64,000 nt of DNA from assembly GCF_006345805.1 (NCBI RefSeq), contig NC_043014.1, positions 18,662,001 to 18,726,000 on the forward strand. Reading direction: 5' to 3'. Origin of the DNA: Octopus sinensis. Taxonomy: Eukaryota. The notes beneath the pieces were generated by a model, which was not told where the DNA came from, searched no databases, and was given only the letters and a program-made list of their open reading frames with translations. Positions 52,520 to 64,000 of this stretch are shown here, one piece after another (the stretch's first letter is position 1; each line of letters opens with the position of its first letter). A program made the position numbers and the translations under genes.

Positions 52520-52606
52520 GCTTCTCTTCTTCTTCTTCTTCTTCTTCTTCTTCTTCTTCTTCTTCTTCTTCTTCTTCTTCTTCTTCTTCTTCTTCTTCTT
52601 CTTCTT

Positions 52607-52637
<31 letters not shown>

Positions 52638-52756
52638 TCCTCCTCCTCCCCCTCCTCCTCCCCTCCTCCTACCTTTCTTCTTCACCTCCTTTTCTTTTTT
52701 CTGGTTGTTTTACTGTATTGTTGTTTTTGTAGTTATTGTTGTTGTTGTTGCTGTCG

Positions 52757-52812
<56 letters not shown>

Positions 52813-52819
52813 GTTGTTG

Positions 52820-52873
<54 letters not shown>

Positions 52874-52900
52874 TATTATTATTATCATTATTATTATGTT
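52520..52900. repeat. (CTT)n and (TAT)n microsatellites
   Basis: Directly visible. Confidence 0.95.
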
Positions 52901-53130
52901 TGTGCACTGCTAGACAAAAGCGAAATATCTATATATTGTTCAAGCTTGGATGGAAACCATTTTTGAAGCGGTGCCAAGTAAATCTTAACAAATTCTGTAG
53001 AATACCCTGGTTGTTACGTGCTTGTTTGTATATGAATATATATATATGTGTATGTGTGCTTGTGAGAGTGTTGTGTAAGAACCGTATTTATTCATTATTA
53101 TTATATGTGTAAATCAGAACACAATCGCAG

Positions 53131-53182
<52 letters not shown>

Positions 53183-53184
53183 CT

Positions 53185-53225
<41 letters not shown>

Positions 53226-53345
53226 GTATACACACAGAAAGATATATGTGTGTGCGTACACGCCTGCGTTTGTCTATGTATTTCAGAATATCATATGATA
53301 TATATGAATAAATGCACTCATACACGCGCGCACGCACAAACATAC

Positions 53346-53386
<41 letters not shown>

Positions 53387-53418
53387 TATATACATATATA
53401 CACATATACATACATACA

Positions 53419-53567
<149 letters not shown>

Positions 53568-55029
53568 ATACATATATATACATATATGTGTGTGTGTGTG
53601 TGTAACAGCATATATACATGTGAGTATGTGTGTGTGGTTTGGATGGCAACCATTTTTGGAACGGTACCAAGTAAGTCTTCATTGCAACTTTAAAAGGTCA
53701 TTAGGGAAAAAATAATGTACGCAACTCATAGCAATTCCAGTTCTAACATTGGTTATTCTCATGAGAAAAGAAAGCTATAAGTTCATTAGGTAATACTTCT
53801 TCGATTAAAAGAATTAACCAATGTTACTTCTTCGTTCTTCACAATTTTATTAGCTTGTTTTGCTTGTTTATTTGTTTATTTACCTATTTGCTTTGTTCTT
53901 CTTGTTTGTTTTTTAAATTGTGTTTAAGATGTAAACTTATATTGAACTCTTAGAGAAACTTGGCAACAAGTCGTATTCAGCCATTAATAGTGATCTTTTT
54001 CGAATCAGAAGTCATGAAGAAAAAGATGTATTAACGAATTTAACGCGAATACCAATAGCGAAAACAATTACAACAAGAAATACAACAATTGCTACAGCAA
54101 CAGCAACATCGATAAACAAAGAAAATTTGCAATAAATACAATGATTTCAAGAAAAGCAACAATAACTAAATAAAGAAGTAATCGATCTTCATTATATGAC
54201 TTTAACGTCAGGCACTTATTTATTGGAAATTAATACGCAGTTTCAGAGTTACCACTCGTCTGAGCTAGTTGCCTGACTAGCTGCCACAATACCAAAGAAT
54301 CAGTCATTCGTTCGAGAATGGTCGCAGTACAATGAGATTCATTCAAAGAAATATAAAACTTGCTGACTGAATCCATTCGAGTATAAAAGATGCTGATGTC
54401 TTGACAAAGCCGATACAGTAATCACTCACCATAAAGCGGTTCCCCTATCATCAGTACATCGTGGATTTTTCTGGCTAATATATGTAAATTTATATCGCGG
54501 CTCCTCAGTATATCGCGGGTTTCTGCAGCCGATAGTATATATATATATATATATATACATATTTAGATTTTAATTATTTCTGTGGTAAAATAAGCATTTT
54601 CACGTATACAATACAATACTACATTGTATAAAACATTAATTAAAATATATTAAAGGAAAATACGTAGTGTATTGTAGATGAGCAAACAAACAATCGCACA
54701 CACTGTATGGAAAACGAAACTCGGGAGACTAGTGTATGGAGTAAAATTGTGAATTTATTTCAGGGTTTTGTGCCTCCTCGTAAAATAGCATAATATTCTC
54801 TTGTTAGGAAACTTACCCACTGCTCAGCTGATTTTTTGTTGTTGTCTTTCACCACAGAAAAAGTGATAGCATCTACACTGCTAAGAAAAGTCTTACGGAA
54901 TGTTATCTTAAAATCATCATCAGCACCGACTTAAGAGTCATTTGCTTGTTTTTAGTTAGATGTTCCATTATCCCTGACTACGAGCAGGCATGGCACTTAT
55001 ATGACGCTAAATGAATAGATTGTATACAT

Positions 55030-55640
55030 AATTATAGACACCGTGTGCATAAAATATCGCAAAAGACTTAGAAAGATAACATCAAGATTACCGAATCTTT
55101 TTTTTTCCGACAGAGACATATTTAATCGCATTGCAGTGCACTTAAATGACGCATTGAAAAGAAGTTTCAAAGAAACACTAATATTTTTGGAACACTTTCC
55201 ACAAGGAAAAGATACATCATCTGGTTATCACCCACATATAACAAAAGCGTAACATGAAACATAGCTATAAATTTCCTGTCAAAGATAAAAGCTTTTCTTT
55301 ACTAGTCGTAAATAAAAACACCAAAATCACCTCAATAATAATAATGTAAATGTCAGCTATGCCTGTTTGAAAACATCGCAGGCCAAATATTCTACTATAA
55401 CAAATGTCTTAGAAATAGCAATATTCTGAAATAATTTACCAGAATTCAATTCCAGCAATACCATATTCTTTCCATTTAGTGGTTAATGTCTCTTAAACAT
55501 ATCTGGGCACTCATCTGAAATAGGATCAACAAATAGTAAGGTGCAGAATGGTATAGTTTTGTATATAACATTGAAAATCGTAAATACATAGCATACTCTC
55601 TCTTTCGAGTACAGCGATGAAATAGATTCTATCATTCAGT
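55030..55640 (+). mobile_element. Decayed PLE fragment (RT-endonuclease linker)
   Basis: KITSRLPNLFFSDRDIFNRIAVHLNDALKRSFKETL, and VNVSYACL, similar to PLE IxKRLSxLSSxxxIF..YNxAL and KLSYSCM. Confidence 0.55.
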
Positions 55641-56016
55641 TTGAATGTCTTGAAACTGCAAATCATTGCAGTTTACAGCCAGCCTCAAAACAGATCATTG
55701 TAAAAATTGCATCTACATATTCCATTAGTAATGTAATTTATGCTTGGCGGAGAAAGATAACATTTATTAGATGATTCATAAAATAAACAGCACAGTGGAG
55801 TGTTGTACATGTTCAGGCATATGAATAAATTAATAATTAAAATAACATTAACAATAGCAATTACGTATACACACAGCCAGTCATAAAAAAGCAAGTCTTG
55901 TGAGTGGTCTTCGTAGACGGAAACTGAAAGAAGCCGTGGTCGCAGCTCTTTTTAAATGGCGGTGCCCCAGCATGGCCACAGCTCGTTAGCTGAAACTAGA
56001 ATCAATCAATCAATCA

Positions 56017-56048
<32 letters not shown>

Positions 56049-56049
56049 A

Positions 56050-56928
56050 CGAGGAGGTACTCGACAGTAACCGGAAACAACCTCTATGGTACAAGCCCGT
56101 TGTAGTCCGGGCTTCTGCCGCTATTGGCCACAGGTGTCAATATGTCGATTGACATTGTTGAATGTAATCTTACTGCCACGTTTTGCATCTTTGCTTTGTA
56201 GTGCTTTTCCTCTGTTCCTCGATTTTCGCATGGTTGAAACGCAAGAACAGCGTGTTTCAGTGAAATTCTGTTTTCTGCTGGGAAAACAGCGGCCTAAACG
56301 GTTGTCATGCATCTAACAGGTTACAAGGATGAGCAAAACACAAGTTTACGAGTGGTTTTTCAAGCTTTAGGAATGGTCACTTGTGTCTTGAAGACCAAGC
56401 TCGTTCAATGCGTCCGTCGATCTCCCGAAAGAATGAAAAACATCACGAGAATTCGCGAACTGATTATAGAGGACAATAACCGAACAATTGACGAACTTGT
56501 TGATATGACTGTTGTGTCCGGAGTTCCAGTCAACGAATTTTGAGTGAGGAATTGCGAATGAAAAGAGCTGAAGCAAAATTTCTGCCTCACTTACTCACGG
56601 AAAATCAAAAGAAGTCACGAGTGTATGCGTGTGGTGGACTGCAAGAACAGTTGGAAAGTGATCCGAACCGCTTTTCGGTCATGACTGGCGACGAAAGCTG
56701 GTGCTACGGAATTTGCAGATGTGGATGAGACGAATTAAAAAACGACGTAGGTGTTAAAACGCATCACTTTGCAAGAGTTCCAGCACTTTCGAACAATGGA
56801 AAACGTATCTGGACCGATACTGTTTTTTCAAAAGGAGAATACTTTGAAGGCGATAAAGGAGTAAGCATGTAAATCTAAATGAATGAAATAATACTGTAAA
56901 ATTCGAGTTTGTTTTGGGTACCCCCTCG
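56050..56928 (+). mobile_element. Internally deleted mariner element
   Basis: TA|CGAGGAGGTAC...GTACCCCCTCG|TA termini. Relic reads EQRVSVKFCFLLGK, LRMKRAEAKFLPHLLTENQK and MTGDESWCY. Confidence 0.9.
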
Positions 56929-56970
56929 TATACATACATACATACATACATTCATACATACATACATACA

Positions 56971-57002
<32 letters not shown>

Positions 57003-57049
57003 CGTATGTCTGTGCGCGCGCGCGTGCGTATGAATGCATACTAAATAAA

Positions 57050-57255
57050 GGTCTGTGTCTGTTTTCATTCCCCGCCAACGCTCGACAATTAATGTTGGTT
57101 AGTTTACTCCCCGTAACTTAGCGATTCAGCAAGAGACCGATGGAATAAGTACCAAGTCCCAAAATTAAAAACATATATATATTAGGTTCGAGTAAAATCT
57201 ATTCGTGGCGGTACCCCAGCATGGCCGCACTCTAATGACTGAAAGAAGTAAGAGA
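57050..57255 (+). mobile_element. SINE family A, 3' half
   Basis: ccccgtaacttagcg...ggcggtaccccagcatggccgcactctaatgactgaaa. Confidence 0.7.
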
Positions 57256-58322
57256 TAAAATGTAATCTACAATATAGTACCAGAACGATAGTACTCTCCC
57301 ATTACTTAAAGCCTATTCATTATATTTGAGTTGCATATTTTCTATTTGACCACGATACTTCGCAATGGACCAACTCCAGCAGCTTATTGAGTAGATATGT
57401 CCTTTTCATGCGTAAAAATTAAAAGACCAATGTATAGAGAAGAAGCCCTATTTTTATCTATGAAGGCTTGTCCTAATTCCATATTCTAAATATGTGTATG
57501 TTATCGAACTTGAGCAACGAGAATGAATAATGCAACGGACATTAAGTTACGTCCCTAGACCATTAAACAAATTCATCCATTAATTTACTTGGCATCCGGA
57601 CAAACCAAACGCACACAGTGAAAAACTCAAATAAATGATGGAGCCAATCATCAGCTCCGGACGAATAAATAAACACAGCTATATATTAGTTATTTGTATT
57701 TTATCCATCCACACATATTCGCGCGCAAACTTACTCATACAAGCATACATATGCCCACCAACTACACACCTGTTCAGATTCAGTCTGCTGTATATATCTT
57801 AACTCATAAATTCTCTTTCATACAAAATTAAATACAATTCCTCACAAATATTAATATTTCTTGCTTTTAAATTTTTTTCCATTTTCAAAGAAGCAGCGTT
57901 TTATTTTTCTGTGTATGATTTTTTAAGATTATTCTTGAAATATTTTGAGATAAGTTTCAAAATAGCTTTATGAAGAGATTATGTTACGTTGCCAATATTT
58001 TCTTTAGGTGGTTCGATTTTCTGTTTACTTACCTTTATTTGATTTTATGTGCGTGTGTAATTGTATGTAAATGTATCTGAAAGTTCTTTTGTGCGCGTAT
58101 TTTTTGGGTGTGTTTTTGTGCGTAAACCATTATAAGGATACATTTCTTCCTTAAATGACGAAGTTATATGAAACCTTTTACTTTCATGAAAATGTATGAT
58201 TTATGTATAAATACAAATATTAAGATTAAGTGTGCATATGTGTGTGTGTTTGCATTGATCAGCAGAACGTTACAAATTGCTTTGAAGGTTGCGAGTATCG
58301 TGCCTATCACTCATTATATATT

Positions 58323-58410
<88 letters not shown>

Positions 58411-58469
58411 TACATGCATATATGTGTGTATATATATATACATGTATATATGAAACAAGGACTTTCCAG

Positions 58470-58551
58470 GCACACACGAGGCAGATCTATGAATCCGCAC
58501 CAATTTACGAGCAGGAAATTCAAATTCCTGTGCCGCCAGACTAATATATCG
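58470..58551 (+). CDS. Possible exon (ambiguous frame)
   Basis: ggactttccag| ... TCG|GTACGT. Frames give HTRGRSMNPHQFTSRKFKFLCRQTNIS or AHTRQIYESAPIYEQEIQIPVPPD*. Confidence 0.15.
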
Positions 58552-58714
58552 GTACGTTGCACCTGCGATATTTATAAACTTGTATCCTTTATACTCACCT
58601 ATAGAGATTAACATTTCTCTTCCTGATTTAATAACATTCAATATTTGTTTAATTCAGAGAATCTCATTGGTTTTGAAACGAAAGGTTAGGAAAAATCGAA
58701 GTTGTACCTATATC

Positions 58715-58903
<189 letters not shown>

Positions 58904-59704
58904 CATATATCGGCATGTTTATTTGATGATTCAAGCCTAAGTTGTACAAAATTTCACACAAAGCACTGCTTCTCTAAAAGAGTTATTGATGGAGAGAGTA
59001 AACCCTGGCTATGATGGAGAATGAAATTTACTTTCAAGAGTAGATTGGACCAATTTATTGTCCCTTTACAGCTAATGTTATCGTTCGTCTTGATTACACA
59101 TTAGATTCTAGTTCAGCCATGTCTTAGTGCAACGTTATAATAAAAGGGGCATTGTTGAATATATCCCTGTCTTCTACTTGCACCCTCTAACATGTTCCTG
59201 ATTGTAGCTGGATGCCGAGTAAAGTTGTTATGTATGTATATGATTCTTCTCATTTAGCTTTCACTTGTAAGGATGCATATTTACCTGTACTTTGTTTTAC
59301 TCGGCCTAATCAGATAACTATTTTAGGTTCGTCTCCCCAGCGGCAAATCGTATACCTTAAAATTTCTTTAGCAGGTATTTTTTTTAAGACTCTATTCAAG
59401 AGTAGCAGCGAATTGTTAAACAATTATCTCTGTGAGCAGTCTTTGGTTGAACGAGTCAAAGAATAAATGCGTCACGCCTACCGATATTTCCCCATAGATT
59501 CATTGAATATGTAACGCTGTTTTTTTTTATCCATTAGGATTCAGTACAATATTATACGGATTATGTTTATTATAATCCTTGTTAAGAGATCACCAAGAAC
59601 AGCGAATGTTTTCCTCTAAACCAAGACTTCATAAACATATATTTAGATATAGCTGGTACGAGAAATTATTATTTCAAATTGGATGAATCAGCAGAAAGGA
59701 TTAT

Positions 59705-59942
59705 TTTCTTATTTCTTTACTGCCCGTAAGGGGCAACACGCAGAGGTGATAAACAAGGACATACAAACGGATTAAGCCAATTATATCGACCCCAATGCGC
59801 ATCTGGTACTTATTTAATCGACCCCGAAAGGATGAAAGGCAAAGTCGACCTCGGCGGAATTTAAACTCAGAACGTAGCGATAGACGAAATAACGCTAAGC
59901 ATTTCGCCCGGCGTGCTAACGTTTCTGCCAGCTCGCCGCCTT
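59705..59942 (-). mobile_element. SINE family B, single body
   Basis: Ends ctaacgtttctgccagctcgccgcc. Confidence 0.9.
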
Positions 59943-60424
59943 TTTTTAAAGACACAACCCAAGAGCTGCACAGGGGAACAGAACCCTAAACTGAGAAAGG
60001 ATTCTTTTCTGTCTTACGGCACCATTCAGTGACATTGATACTGTACTTGAAGTTTACTGATCCCATAGTATTTATAATCAACACGCCTAAGACTGTCTTT
60101 AGTTCTCTGATAGAAACTTAATGTTTTATCGTGGTCTAAACTAAAAGCCTTTCATCTAAATTACCTGATGACAATGTTATTTTACTGCAGTCTTCTATAT
60201 TTTCAGAATGAATTAAACAAAAGCAGTCGTCTCCAGTATATGGTTATAAATTGAATTCCATCTATGGTGGTGTTTCTCAATCTACTTCTTAAGCTGGAAG
60301 CGAAAGTGATTTATCGTTTAAACGTATTTTTGGATGTGTGTTAGGCAAGGCGTTTAACATTTTGTACTGTTTTTAGGAAAGAGGTGAAATCATTTGTGCT
60401 GGCGGTGATCAAATTAAGTTTGTA

Positions 60425-60524
60425 CTCTTTTGCTCTTTTACTTGCTTCAGTCATTTGACTGCGGCCATGCTGGAGCATCGGTTATCAAGCAATGTTGGGG
60501 GGACAAACACAGACACTCAAACAG

Positions 60525-60584
<60 letters not shown>

Positions 60585-60652
60585 TCAGTGGGACTGAACC
60601 CGGAACCATGTAGTTGGTAAGCAAGCTACTTACCACACAGCCACTCCTGCGA
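60425..60652 (-). mobile_element. SINE family A, internally deleted
   Basis: cagtcatttgactgcggccatgctggagc ... gtaagcaagctacttaccacacagccactcc. Confidence 0.85.
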
Positions 60653-62079
60653 CTGTCTGTAATGTTGTCTGATATTTATTGACTCTATCTCATTAGGTTA
60701 TATTGTTTTGTTTTGTCTGGAAGTACTTGGGATTCAGAGTATTGTTTCAAAAACTTGTGGTTCAAGAGAGATATTGAACACATCATTTTCAGGTGACTGA
60801 AATACCTGGGATGGACAGGTACAGAAGACGTTCCTCCAAATCAAAAACCATTATCATGCATGTCTCTATGTATGAGTGTGCGCGCAAGCGTTTGCGTGCG
60901 TGTGTATGTGTGTGTATGTGTTCATGTATGTGTGTGTGTATGTGTTCATGTATGTGTGTGTTCATGTGTATGTGTTCATGTGTGTGGTGTGTGCGTGTAA
61001 AGTTTATATGTGAGGGCGAGTGTGTAAACACATCTGCATATTTAGACAGGAATTTAATTAATGGCATAACCATGACAACGGTTATCAGTATGTAAATCCC
61101 GGGCGTATTTAATTTACTTAATTACGTGAGCGACATCTGTTATTTTGCTCACGTTTAGATTATACACTGTAGGAAAAGTAAGACACCTTTTTGCTTAATC
61201 GTAGAGTGTATACGCTTCATTAACATATATATTCCGCCTTATTCAACCAGTCTATTTAGGATTATATATGCACAGAAGGAACGTTTGACCTACGCAATGA
61301 TTCATGTGACCCAACTGTGGTTTTCACACACATTGAATAATTTAGTCGTCATCACATAGGTCATTGAATTTATGAAAAATGTAACTTGGTCACTCACCAG
61401 CTAATGTATTGCTAACCACATAGTGTCCATTCCCTGCTTGATTCAAACCTAAGGTTTTAGAAAATTTATCGATAATGGAGATTTATTCATATAGAAAAAA
61501 AAATATTACACTATGAAAAAATAAAATAAAATAAATTTATACCCGAACTGAACTTTGATAGTCTTGAATTCATTGAAATGTTAAGAAAATGTTGAATACA
61601 TTTGATTTTGCTTTGACATCGGTTGCTTGTATACATTAAGTATTGACGGCATTTATTTGGAACCGAAAAAATATTTCAATTTTATTGTACTTGGCTAGGT
61701 TCAAGAGATGTTTTATGCAATTAAACAATCACATTACCGAGAATTATAGGTGAACCGTCTTTTACTATAAAATATGCATTTAATAGAATTTCATGATAAC
61801 CAGTTCAGCGATCAATTGAAATCAACTATATACGTGTTTGTGTATGTGTGTGTAAAAAGGGACATTGAATGCTGAAGATGATGGTTAATCATATACATGT
61901 CTGTCTGTCTCTCTCCCAGCCTCTCTCTCTCTCGCGGTCTGCACAAACACAGACACACACACATGTATTATGTATATGCATACATATATATGTGTGTGTG
62001 TGTGTGTTTGTGTGTGTCTATGTTTGTGTGTGTGTGTTTGTGTTTGTATTTGTGTGTGTGTGGTGTGTGTGTGCTCCTT

Positions 62080-62120
<41 letters not shown>

Positions 62121-63250
62121 TAAGGAAGATAAGGAGGCGTTTAATTTATTAGTTGGGAAATATGATTGTAATCATGATATGTTACCTTATCCACAGACAC
62201 AAACCTGCACGCACACACGCTCATCTGCATTTTCCTGACATTTCAGTTTATAATACTAATGGTAGCAATGATGTCCTATCAGTTTTATTTGTCCAGATTT
62301 GTTGTAATCGATATGGCCATCGCCTGTTTACAGATGTGCTGATAATATATTTATATACATAGCACCTGCCTTCGTTTAGAGAAAGGAACAAAGGATATGA
62401 AACACCTCTATCCAATATAGTATGGAATCTTAAAGTTGGAATGTGGAGAACCCCTGTATAAATTGGATCATTGTGCCTCAAATCAGCAAATATGGGGGCG
62501 AGGCAACATATGCATTACAGAGAAATTAAAATACAGGACATCAAGTAAATATTTTGAATATTCCGGAAAAGGCTTTCTCCTTTTGCATGCAAAAACAACA
62601 ATTTAAATTTTGAAACCTTATGCATGTCTCCTCCTTTATCTTGACACTGATCCAACCTGTATAAATATTCGGTTATTGATTATATGCTTAATATGCATGA
62701 CAGACATTAAGTCCCAAGAACCCATTCCGGAATTCTAAACTGTACATGATTTGCAATATATACACACTGACATAATACAAACACACACCACACGCACACA
62801 CTCCCTCTCTCTCTCTTACACACACACACACGCACGCGCACACAGACACATACAGAAAGTAATGGATGACAGAAAATATTTTGATGAACATTTATTTAAC
62901 AGTCACAAATATGCTAATATCATGACAAATACATTCGTAACTCCAGAATACACAAACAATTGAAATTATCATATCTGATGCATTATTTTGATCGAAGATT
63001 TTTTTGCATTTTATATTAATGCACATATGTAAGTAATTTGTTCCTTATTAAACATAATAATATATATTATTTGCAAGTTCTTGAGTTACGAAATGACTTG
63101 TGATATTAGGATTTTTCTTATTGTTAAATAAAACTTCATCAAAATATTTCTCTGCCATTTATGACTTTGTACACTCCTTATCCTTTTCTCTTATACGTTA
63201 ATATAGATTCCGAGCTTTTTTTATGAGCATCACTGGATTACTTGTATCCA

Positions 63251-63308
<58 letters not shown>

Positions 63309-63340
63309 GCTATCTACTTATCTATCAATCTATCTATCTG

Positions 63341-63399
<59 letters not shown>

Positions 63400-63413
63400 C
63401 TCTCTCTCTCTCA

Positions 63414-63498
<85 letters not shown>

Positions 63499-63937
63499 GA
63501 GATTTATATATTTATATAGAACTAACTTTATGGACTAATTTTTTTTAATACCTGCAAAATTCCATAAATAATTATGTGCCCATGCTCAAACAACTACCGC
63601 ATACAGGTATTTTGAAAAATGAGCATGAATGAACATTCTCGCATAACGAAATTTATCTTTAGTGAATTCAAATTCTTGTAAAAATCTAGAGATAATGCAA
63701 GGGAAATAACATCCCTTATAAGTCACCCCCCCTAATCGTCCTATCGCTTTTCAAGTCCTGCATAGATTCGTCTAACTTCGATCGTTCTCGTCCTAAATGA
63801 AGACGATCATCAGCATTTTTAATCTCTGAAATCTCTCCACATGAAATAACTGTCAGCATTGTTACTTCAAAAATAAAGAATATTTATCAACCAAATGCAG
63901 TTTCCAGCATGCCCTCTTACACTTCCGTAATATCGTT

Positions 63938-63984
<47 letters not shown>

Positions 63985-64000
63985 TAACACATGCATTTAT

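Noticed and set aside
63765-63820. Minus-strand CTGATGA with a tcgtc/gacga hairpin and GAAC-GATC
   Set aside because: GAAA is incomplete, and there is no NUH site or stem I. Likely chance or too decayed.

Overview
AT-rich eukaryotic DNA, very rich in microsatellites and transposable elements. The SINE families look like those of Octopus (recognised from memory, not by database search). No intact protein-coding gene, rRNA, tRNA or CRISPR array is supportable, and most ORF-track entries are translations of (TA)n/(CA)n/(TAGA)n/(TAT)n repeats. The window holds tRNA-derived SINEs, relics of Penelope-like elements (PLE), L1/Tx1, CR1-like and RTE LINEs, mariner and piggyBac relics, and Helitron-like termini. 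The main finding is a 593-bp non-coding tandem repeat (3271-5442) whose monomer carries a complete type I hammerhead ribozyme with an unusually long stem II, arranged with an internal inversion next to a PLE reverse-transcriptase relic. It is a candidate retrozyme or circRNA-producing element. Further hammerhead motifs, including a perfect 158-bp palindrome with two ribozymes at 31840-31997, and several fold-back hairpins occur in (TA)n-embedded repeats. Together these suggest a (TA)n-targeting, snap-back-primed family of ribozyme retroelements.
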